Assembly: GCA_013265495.1 (NCBI GenBank)
Contig: MU058781.1
Span: 5,998,118 to 6,062,117, forward strand
Reading direction: 5' to 3'
From: Vicugna vicugna
Taxonomy: Eukaryota
Length of the DNA: 64,000 nucleotides
The notes under the pieces are model-generated. The model was not told the origin of the DNA. It worked only from the letters and a program-made list of their open reading frames with translations, and did not search any database. Position numbers and translations under genes: made by a program. Below, one piece after another: positions 35,768-46,350 of the stretch; position 1 is the stretch's first letter; every line of letters starts with the position of its first letter.

Positions 35768-38299
35768 CCTACTGGACCTACTTCTGTCTTCCTCTCCAGC
35801 TCTCATTTGAGGACTCACTTCAGGCTTCCTCAGACCTGGGGATAGTATTAGAGCAGGGTCAGGTAGAGTCATTACCTCCAGGAAGTAGGACCCAGCGGCA
35901 CCCTGCACCGAGCAACATTCCCGGCAGGGGCGTTGAGATGCCGCAAGGTGTGGAGAGGAGACACCAGGCATGTCGGAGAGAAATGATTTCCTTGGCCCCT
36001 GATGAGACAGTGCTTCCTTCCCTGTGCTGCTCGCCCTCTCTCATATTTGACTCCTTTTTTTTCCCCTTCCTTCCTTCCTTCCTGTATTCCTTGTCTTCCT
36101 TCCTCTCTTCATTTTTAACAATATACATTCAGACACAGTGGTTCTTGACTCTGTTAATGATGGTTATCTGCTTTTGATTGTCCCCAGGTGAAAGGGTTGA
36201 CTTAAGGGTAAGGAGGAGGGCAGCAGAGAGGGCAGGATAGATGGGAGGGCGGTGGTGGGAGGTCAGGGTGGTGTTGGTGTGAAAAATGAGAAGCCATGTT
36301 ACCCCATGGCGGGGAGGAGAGAGGGATGACGGTATGAGACACGTGGTAGGTGTCAGCATAGAGCAAGAAATACCCCAGGTAATAACTCTGGGTCTCAATT
36401 TTCTCATCAGTCTTAAAAAAAAACAAAAAACTCTGGAGCCGAAAATCCCCAAGGTGACCTCAAGATCTACTATTCTGTGCCTCAGTACCTCTTTCTACCT
36501 TACCTTACTGAGAAATGGCACTGATAAATAAAACTTTTTGCGTGCCTTGTAAGAGAATCATTATGTAAATTCAAAGTATTGCTCAAATTAATTCTAATGA
36601 GGTTCAGGGGGAAAAAACAAGTAACAACCAAAACTCTTTAATAAAGTGTTCTAAAAAGAAAAAAAGAATTATCGCCCACTTCTGCACTTCCTGCTTTTGG
36701 CAGGGACTAGAAGTGGAAATCTGAAAACACTGTGAGACAGTCTGTTCTCATGGTATTTCTAGCTGAGAACAGGAAGGAGGGGAAATCTCATATGAGCGAG
36801 AGAGCCTGTTTTTCAGTGATTAGCAGGCCAAAGAAGTTTCGCTGGGCAATCAAGCTTGACAGCACCTCTAAAAGTTCTACCTTTATTTGGTCAGCAGAGC
36901 AGATTTTGCTGGGAGCATCACCACAATGACCAAGACACAACTGTCACCTGCCGTCTTGACTGAGTGGTGCTTCTCCCTGAGGCCGGATGTTAGGTGCTGG
37001 AGACCCCGACATGAGCAGTGGGGCCCCTACCCTTCTGCAGCAGAGAGCAAAGTTGGAAGGAGAAGGCATCTATAAATGAAAAATAATTACAATGCTAAGC
37101 AGCATATGCCGAGGGCTAACTTAGCCACGCAGACCACGCTAACAAGGAGCCTTCCACACACCGCACAAAACTCCTTACCAGTTTGCATCTGCTCTCGACC
37201 TCACCACTGAGCTCTCATCACTCACCCTGGCATCTTCTGCACCTTCAGGCATAAGACGTTTCTCTTAATTCCTTTATCTCTTTTGCCCATCCCAAGTCAC
37301 AACAGACTGCCCCGTCTGTGACGCCGATGAGTCACTGAGGCTGGCTGCCTCATGTTCACAGTCCGCATCTAATGATTAAGGCATATTGACTGGCTGGGCG
37401 TGCTGGAACCACAAAAATCCCCAAATCTAAACTAGCTGTATTGTCCCTAATTACCTGCCAGAGGGCTACGCGCGCAGGTGTCTAAGGCTGCAGCAGACAC
37501 TCCAGGGAATGCCGGTGGTTACCGTGACTCCAGCTGGGTCTCATAATCACCTAAGGTGTATGTCATTGGCATCTTAAGGACTCAGGTGGAGAGATGAGCT
37601 TTCCCCCCATCCTCTCACCCCTAGTGAAGAATACGGGAATCCCCATCTGAGAGCAATTGTCTCACTCACTGAGGGACAAACTTTCCTGGAAAAAAAAAGA
37701 TAAAAATAATTTGATGTTCTCTTTGAAATAACGTCATGATGAGGATTACATTCTGAACAAGGGACTCACTCTCCGTGTTCTGTTGAAATGACCACCAATG
37801 CCATTTGTAATCAACTATTTATTTAAACCTGAGTGATAGACTACAGCGAATAGTAAAATGCTTATGAAATTGTATGTAAATGAGGCAGATACAGCTGGAA
37901 CCCATCACGTGGTACTTATTATAATGTTTTAACCTACGTGACTGCTTTGTGCCCCACACCAGGTAAGAGGATGGAGGGGCGTGTTCGGTGGTGGCATGGA
38001 ATTCAGAATTTCTCTGGGTTAATTTTGCCTGGATCTTTGAGACTATCTAACATTGCTTCATGGGTTTTTATTTATTTCCTGTTAGGAATAGGAAAATGAA
38101 CTAGACACAGACTTAGTCATCAACTGAGTATGCAATCCACTGAGTAAGGCAGATATCTAAATAATACAAAGTAGGTAAGAGGACATTGGTGGTGAACTTT
38201 GCAACCTGGCAGTTGAATGCAGAATGTGGCAGTTTTCAATGTTACCAATTAAAATGCTGGTATAGATAATCCCTTTATGGACAATTTTTTATTGTTTAA

Positions 38300-38455
38300 A
38301 AGAATTTTATTTATTATTTGTTTTGCTTTGTTTTAAGGAGAAGGTAATTAGGTTTTTATTTATTTACTTATTTATTTTAATGGAGGTACTGGGGATGGAA
38401 CCCTGGACCTCGTGCATGCTGAACATGCGCTCTACCACTGAGCTAGACCCTCCCC
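38300..38455 (-). mobile_element. Vic-1-like SINE
   Basis: 'ggaggtactggggatggaaccctggacctcgtgcatgctgaacatgcgctctaccactgagctagaccctcccc'. Confidence 0.88.
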
Positions 38456-38479
38456 TACATAAGCAATTTTTTTGATTGC

Positions 38480-38910
38480 AAATGCATTATAGGAAATTAA
38501 TAAAATAGAGAAAGGCACAAAGACAAAAGTAAGAATCACTCCTAATGTCACCTGGTAAAAAATACTGTAAAATGTTGCTGTAAGTCAGTTCTAGTCATTT
38601 CTCTGTGCATATGTAGGCATTTTAAAACCACAGCAGAATCATATTGTATACTATTTTACAAGCTATTTTTTTCACTTAACAATATGCTGTGAAATATACT
38701 GTGATTACTTTCTCCACATGATTTTATGTCCTTCTACACTGTGATGTTTAATGGTTGTACAATGTTTTGTCCTACAGACACACTGCTCGAGTATCTCACT
38801 AAATATAAACAATACTGTGATGAACATCTTTGTATATAAATATCTGTGCATCTTGCTAATTATTTCTTTGCAATAAATTCCTTAGATTTAGAATTACTGG
38901 ATCGTAGGTA
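38480..38910 (-). mobile_element. L1ME-type 3' fragment
   Basis: 'ttttcacttaacaatat', 'ctgtgatgaacatctttgtatataaat', 'gaattactggatc'. Confidence 0.7.
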
Positions 38911-39753
38911 TGGAAATCCAAGTCCAGCAGCATGGCTGATACTGTGGTTAGCAAACAGACAAGGTGAGAAATTAACCCATGTATTTCAGAGATGCTCATG
39001 TTTTTGTTTTGATTCCTCTATGTTGTGTCAACATTCACTGTAGAGATAAAAATGGTCTTTCTGTTTTGGCCAGCAGAAAGCTTTCCTAGATTTTCGCTGC
39101 CATTCTATCAACACTAGCAACTTTACTCTGACTTTGGCTGACACAATTTGTTTTACCTGCCTTTAAAAAATGCGTCACCAGACCCTTCTTTACCTTAAAC
39201 TTGCTATCTTTTGATTCCTTACTGCATTATTACTTCACAGGGTCAAAAATCACAATTCTAGCTGATATGTCATCAAACTCAAAAGCAAACAATGAATTTG
39301 ATAATAGAGTCACAGTGTCCCCCCACCCCAAAAACAAAGTTTTATCTCAGCTATACACATGGATGTATTAATTTTAAAAAGCAGTTATGACTTCCACTAG
39401 AGCTCTCCATGTTGGTCCTCCTATTTAGGGTGAAAGCATCATTTGATTATAGGCTAAGGATACTGATATTTTCACAATCTTACTGGAAGACATGCATCTG
39501 AAATGAGGTGGCCAAAGGCATCTTACTCGTCATGTTTTAGAGGTCTGCTTTCAGCATTGTCAGTGTATGAGATCCATAAGTAATTCTGCACTTTTTACTT
39601 TAGGGTTTCAAGACTCTCATTTGTTTGTTCAGTCACCCATTTGGTTCCTTCAGCAACTATTGTTGGAGTGTCCATTCTGTACTTGGACCATGATCGAGCT
39701 GACAGCTTCAAAAACTCACAGTCTTGTGCAGTAATGGATAAGTAGAAAAGCTC

Positions 39754-39910
39754 ATTAAAAATTTTTTTTAGTGTTTTTTCCCTTTTAATGGGAGGAGGTA
39801 ATGTTAGGGTTTATTCATTTATATATTTTTGTAATGGGGGTACGGGGACTTGAACCCAGGACCTCATGCATGCCAGGCATGCACTCTACCACTAAGCTAT
39901 ACCCCCCCCC
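39754..39910 (-). mobile_element. Vic-1-like SINE
   Basis: 'ttgaacccaggacctcatgcatgccaggcatgcactctaccactaagctatacc'; TSD agaaaagctc at 39744-39753 and 39911-39920. Confidence 0.9.
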
Positions 39911-40187
39911 AGAAAAGCTCTTATAATATGGTGTCATAATTATTAGGACAGGGTTAAAATGAGCTACTGGATCCCTTTCCCTCTTTTTCGCTTTCTCCCC
40001 TTTGCTCTACTTCCCTTGGATCTTCCACTTACTGCCTCTCCCCTCCCTCACATCAGCTATTTCCAAGAAGGACCCGGATTAGGGGTTATCATGGGGTGCA
40101 AGATGGCGGCTGAGGGGGGCGGGGGTTCTGCAGGGCTAGTTGGAGCCAGGGGACTAGGAAACGCATGCTGTAACAGGCTCCCTGGTG

Positions 40188-40420
40188 CAGCCCTGCTCTG
40201 AACATTTGTGGAGCCTGGGGCCAGAGCACAAATGGAGGCCATTTACCATCTGTGGAGACACATAAAAGTTGTAAATCAAGTTAATAAGCTGTTAACTAAA
40301 ATATAGCTTCAGATGGACAAAATTGAAAAAATATGTGTAAAGCTATGGTTTTATATGATAGAAAGTTGGAAGACTCTCAAGCAATTGGATTTAATTATTG
40401 TTGTTCATATATGCATGTTC
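40188..40420. mobile_element. hAT-Tip100-like DNA transposon remnant
   Basis: 'cagccctgctctgaacatttgtggagcctggggccagagcacaaatggaggcc'; family uncertain. Confidence 0.4.
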
Positions 40421-40474
40421 TGTTGAGGGGTTGGCAATGTTTGGGTAAGTATGAAAGGATACACACACTCCTGG

Positions 40475-40668
40475 GGAAAACAGTAACTGTCTCTGGAATT
40501 GGGGATGGTGGCAAGAAGAGGGGTCTTTTACTTGTTGGTTTAGGTAACTTTTTAAAGACATGATGAGATTATGGGTAATTTTATTTTCTTTTTCTCTGCT
40601 TTTCTCTATTTTTCAAATCTCTAAAATAATCATATGTTGCTTATGTAATTTGAAAAAAATTTTAAAAG
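40475..40668 (+). mobile_element. L1ME-type 3' end
   Basis: 'gagattatgggtaatt..ctattttt..tatgttgcttatgtaatttgaaaaaaa'. Confidence 0.6.
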
Positions 40669-41014
40669 GAAGAAAAGTCAAGACTAGAAAACTGTTCTAG
40701 GATTGGAAAGTGTCTCATTAAGCTGAATTTCTAGAAAAAGACTGTATTTCAATTTTTAGGCTTATATGATTTAAGGAATTGACTAAAATTAACCTCAGAA
40801 ACACCGAATATTTTTCTTCAAGAGGTCATGAAGGAATTGGAGAGGTGCCCAACTATCAAAAAAAAATGACAAATAGAGAATCTGTATTTTAAAAAGAACA
40901 CGTACAGCCACAGAATTTATTGCCTGGCCTTTTAGACATATTATTTTTACAAATAATCAAATGTTTATTTTTCAGTGATCTCAGATATTGCAGGATTATT
41001 TCTGTCATAAGGTG

Positions 41015-41245
41015 TTGCATTTACTCGGTGATTCCATGCTTCATGGAAAGTGCTTCATGTTAGTCATTTCATTTTATCCTCACAATAACCCCATGATGGA
41101 GGGAAGATGTCACCCCATTTTCCGGGTAAAGAAAATGAGGTTCAAAAAACTAAGACTGGGCCCACGTGTCACAACTAGTTCCTGGTGGGACAAAGACCAG
41201 AGCATAGGTCTTTGGATCTGGGTACAGTTCTCTTGCCACTGCTAT
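41015..41245 (-). mobile_element. MIR SINE
   Basis: 'atttcattttatcctcacaataacccc..ccccatttt..agaaaatgaggttca..gtcacaactagt'. Confidence 0.8.
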
Positions 41246-41757
41246 TAACAAACTTACACAGTGAATTTTCTGGAATGTACACTTATTTCTCAGAAATCTC
41301 TGTCAATGTCTCCACTCTTGTTTTTCTTTTTTTAATGGAACTTATCTTTAAAAGGCTGCCAAAATTTCTCTATGAGCTACTAAAGAAGACTCAGCACCCT
41401 TTTAAGAGATGCCTGACTCCCTGTAAGTAATTCCACAAATGAGGATCTTTACAGAAAGTGCTAATTAGTGCTAAGTACCTTTAGAGATGCCTTCCAGGCT
41501 AATGTCCAAGGATTCACTACATGGGGGAGGAAATTATAATAACCTTTCCCTCAGGGACTCAGCTGATTTTCTGTGATGATGAGACACCAGAAGATTATTT
41601 TACTCAGTGCTTAAAATACGCCTAAGTACTATGTTGCTAGTGTTATAAGATAAACAGTATCCCATTTACTTAATCTATTTATTCAGTTGGAATTATTTTG
41701 TAATAGCAAACATTTTACTCAGACTCTAGAAAAAGTACACTTTTGAAAGATAATTTG

Positions 41758-42054
41758 GGTGGGATGAGTGAAGGGGGTCAAAAGGTACAAAGTTCCAGTT
41801 ATAAAATAAGTCATGAGGCTGTAATGTGCAGCATGGTGATTATGGTTAATAATAGTGTATTACATATTTGAAAGTTGTTAAGAGAGTAGATCTTAAAAGT
41901 CCTCATCAGATGGACAAACATATTTTTGTCACTATGTATGGTGACAGATGTTAACTAGACTCATTGTGATCATTTTGCAATATATACAAATATTGAACCA
42001 TTATGTTGTACACCTGAAACTAATATATGTCCATTATACCTCAATTCTTAAAAA
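41758..42054 (+). mobile_element. L1MA9-like 3' UTR fragment
   Basis: 'ggtcaaaaggtacaaagttccagttataa..gagagtagatcttaaaag..tgtacacctgaaactaata..tatacctcaat'. Confidence 0.88.
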
Positions 42055-42921
42055 TGTAGTGGTTTTTTTAAGTTAATAAATCTATGGTGCTATTAAAAAA
42101 AAGATTTGACTTGATCTGATTTTTGTAATGTATGTTTTTGTAAATCAATTTTTCACATTTTAGGATATTGTACTTCAAAATGTTTATAACTTAACTTACA
42201 GTTTACTTATCATGAATTTAGTGAGCTGTACATAAAGTAGAAGTCAAAATGACCCCCTCATCGACTCTCATGCCACACCACACAGGCCAACAACATAAGC
42301 AACTGAAGTTCCTGGCCATGTCAATTAGAAAAAAAATTTTCACAGGAAAACACAGTTATAGAACAAAATAAAAAATTTTATGCAAATGTATGTTATTTGA
42401 TCTCAAAATCTTAAAATAAATATGGAACTTCATGTAAAAGACTACTGCTCAAGTAAAACAAAACAAACAAAAATAAATCCTTTTTTTCCCCAGAATATGC
42501 AGGTAAATAATGAAACTCCTATGTAACGGAAGTAGAGTGTAATGGAACCAGGAATTCTGTGCTGATCCAACCACAGAACTATTCTATATTTAATAAAACC
42601 AAGCAATTTGGAGAATAAAGAATAGAATCTCAGTCCTGTTTAAAAAAAAGTCTCAGAATATTTTAATAATTCCATAGACAGCCTTGGTTTTAAGGTCCTA
42701 AGCATCTTCAGTCATGGCAGGATCACGGGTCAGCGAGAACCAGGGTGCTCACTGGCATCGTGGCTTCGGGGTGGTGATGTGTGTCCCCAGAGTGCAATGT
42801 CTAACCCAACTCCCCATGTCAATTTGCTGTTCAAGTGCTTCTTGTACTTTTGAATTAACTTAATTGTCTGCTACTATCCGTGGTCTTAAGGTTACTGTTG
42901 AGTCAAAAGAAAGAGGAAAGC

Positions 42922-43226
42922 CAGTCATAGAAGGACAAATACTGCACGATTCCACTTACATGAGGTACATAAAACAGACAGACTCAGAGGAACAGAGAGC
43001 AGAAGGGTGGTTGCCGGGTGAAAGGGGGAGCAGGAAGTAGGAAAGAGACAATCAATGGGTGTGACATTTCTGTCACATGGGATCACTGAGTCCCGGAGAG
43101 CTGCTGTATACCATGGTGCCTATAGTCAACAATTCAGTTTTGTACACTGGAAAATCTGTTAAGAGGGTAGATTTCATATGGAGGATTCTTATCATGATAA
43201 AGTTAAAATTCAAATTGTAAAAAGGG
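42922..43226 (+). mobile_element. L1MB-type 3' UTR fragment
   Basis: 'aggacaaatactgcacgattccacttacatgagg..gttaagagggtagat'; TSD aagaggaaagc at 42911-42921 and 43227-43237. Confidence 0.88.
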
Positions 43227-45319
43227 AAGAGGAAAGCAGAACAAAGAGCAACACTGTCAGGAAGAGAATTAAAGGAATGTAAAACATCTCTTTATATAAG
43301 GAGGTAAGGAAGAAGGTCCAAGGTTGGTAGTGCATGCCACTGGTCCATTCCTGGACTGCAGTGACTCCCCAGAGAGCTGGAGTCACTTGACTCAAGTCAC
43401 CCAGATGACTGGTGTACCCCTCCGGCATGCAGACCTCTGCTTGCCTTTCTTGCAATGCTTGGCAAGTGAAAGGGCGCCCTGTGGTACTCCCTAGAAACAG
43501 CCAGCTTTACAGTCCAGGGATGACACTCTTGAAGTCCAGGGCCGGCCACTGATGGGGCCCGTGGAGGAACAGTAAGATAACAGAGAAGATCTGGAGAAGC
43601 TTGTCTTGAAACTCTGCTAATGACCTCAACGCTGTCACCTTGTCCTTTCTTCTTAACACTATCTCCTTAACCTTTCTTGCCAGCATGGGTGCTCCTTGAT
43701 GGAAGTATTCTGGGACATCCATGGCTTTTGTGCTTGTCTGTCTGAAGGTGAATAGCATTTTAACAGCAGCACTAGGATCATTGCTTCCGACAGATTGGAA
43801 ATGAAAAATTAGAAAACACAGACACCAGACCTCTTTCTCCCTAGGGCAGAATTCAACAGCACAGAGGCAAGTGCATTTTATTCCTATACATTCATTTCAT
43901 TCCTATCCTTATCATAATTATGTTGACGCATTACTGTAATTAATCTGTCCTATTGGAGAAATTAGCAGGCGTCTCATATTCTCAGAAAAACAGTGCCTGC
44001 TTCTTCCACTCACTGATTTCATGCCAGCTTCGACCACAGTAGTAAAACTATTATAGTAAAAAGCCACCAGCAGATCTTAGGTTTTGCAGGGTAGGGTCAT
44101 ACCGAACAAAAACTGTTAGGAAGTATGAGAAGTTCAGCTTTCCACTGCCCTTGGCGTTTGTGTAACGCCAGGGAAATCTTAGTGCATCTGTTATTTTAAG
44201 TGGGCACCAGCGATTCAGAAAGCTAAAAGCAGCTATATCTAAACCTTTTAAAGTTTTCTTAGCCATTGACTCATGTTTTATCCTCTTGGTTGCTGGCAAC
44301 CTGACTTTTAGCCAAGCAAACAATAAACTGAGAGCATAAACAAAATTAGCTCCTCTCATTTTTATGGCTGAGGAATACACTTAACAAAGTGTATAAATTT
44401 CCATGGACGTAAATCCCTGAGCACTACCTTTCAGCTGTTTAAAAATCTAATACCCTGAGGAGTTACTGTTCTGAGCAGACTGTAAACCTAAGCAGAGTGA
44501 TTCTGGCATAACAGATATAGTTTGCAGGGAGATTTAAACATGATTATAGCTCATAACTGTCTACAAGTAACACAAGGCCATATTCCCTTAATCAGAAATC
44601 TACATTTCAGGTGCTGAAGTTTACTAGGGACTTGCTCCATCTGTCAGGATTGCCTGACAACCTAGAATGCCTTCTGAGGATGAACAGCCTTGCAAAATAT
44701 GTATGGAGATCCAGCTCTCTCTGTCCCTGTGTTCTGGAATTTCCAGGAAGCTGGCTTCCCACACCTCATTGAGAAGTGCAGGTGGGAAGTTGGGGAGGCC
44801 AGCGTGGAACCTGAAAGCCGATGCTACCAAACCTCAAAGCCAGCCACAGGCTTCACCAGGGCAGAGGGGACCAGGGCAGAAGCTCAGCTTGGTAGGGGCA
44901 TGTGGACTGATCCATGGGAGGGGCTCCGTTCTCCCCCCAGACCACCCCAAATGAATAAATGAGTGTGCTTGCTAAGCAAATGTAGCATTAGGTTAAGTCT
45001 CCTCCCCCCTCTCACCAGATTGTCTCTCATTAGCTCTTCCCACAAAGACATCTTTGTGGTTAACAGTAAAAAACTGATATGTTTAAACTTATTGGCAGAT
45101 GTCCCAAACCTTGACCTCCACCTAGAATTTCCTAATGACATACGGTAATAGAATAAGCCCGTCTGAGTAGTATGGTATGTATGTGTTTTAGGCTAAATCT
45201 AATTTTAAATCACTAATCTACTTGAGCCATGCAACTCACATTACGGAGGATGGAAGATTGAGCATTGCCTGTTCAGAGACTCAATAAAATTTGTTACGTA
45301 AATGAATCATGAGTACATG

Positions 45320-45780
45320 AATGCCCAGAGCAACAGTGGTGAACTCAGCACTCGCAGTCCCCTACAGAGCCCCCCAAGCTAGGGAGGGAGAAGAAAAGAG
45401 AAAGAAATCTTTGATAGAAAAAAAAAACCCAAACCTTCCACAATGCTGTGGGATCAGACCAGGGGGACCCCCAGCTGAGGCATGCCAAATCTGGGAGGAC
45501 CTCCAGGAGGCAGTCCTATGGAAGTGGGATCCTGAAGGGTGTGTAGGTGGTAGCTATGGGATTGGCTGGGGGGAGGAAGAATATTCCCGGCAGAGGGGAG
45601 CCCGTGCTTAGATGTTGGTGAGGAAGCATCGCGGAAAGTGGGCAAGACACGATCTGTCACGTAGAGCCTCGCAAAGTCTCGTGTGATTTGGGCTTTATAT
45701 TAAGAGCAATGGGGACCATTGAAGGGTTTAAGCATGAGTGATATGATCGGATCTGAATTTTAGAAAAATCATCCTCCATC
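45320..45780 (-). mobile_element. L2 LINE fragment
   Basis: 'tttgggctttatattaagagcaatggggaccattgaagggtttaagcatgagtgatatgatc..ttttagaaaaatca'. Confidence 0.75.
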
Positions 45781-46244
45781 TGGAGCCTATTTCATATCGA
45801 TACTCTCCGCTTAACATTTCACAAATGATGACTGTAACTGGATGCATTATTGTCTTCGTATAGTACGGGAGTATGGTACCGGCATTATTATGTAATGCAC
45901 ATGGTCATGTTTTAAATGACCCTAGTGCATATAGAATAGTAACAGTTGTTATTGTTCTTTGATAAATAACAACAAAGATTTATTATGAGCTTACAGAATG
46001 CCAGGAACAGTGCTAAGTTTATTTACCTAACTTAATCTCTTTGAAAAGTGATTTTCACCAGATTGATGGATTGATTGATTTCTCTAAAACAGTACTCATC
46101 AACCAGACCATGAGAGACCAAACACGTCAGGTAGGCAACATGACCCAGTCTGTGTGTGCATAGAAACTGACACCAGTCTCTTTCTGAAGGGCTATTTGTC
46201 ATATTCTAGTGCCGTGGCTTAAGGAAATTTGAAATAATTCTATT

Positions 46245-46350
46245 AGATCCCCATTTTATGGGTGAGGGAGTTAAGGATTAGATTTAAGTTACTTGCTTAG
46301 ATCATCCAGAAAGCAAATGGCAAGGTCAAAAATTGCAGCGCCAGCTGTTA
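46245..46350 (-). mobile_element. MIR fragment
   Basis: 'atccccattttatgggtgagg..ttaagttacttgc'. Confidence 0.5.
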
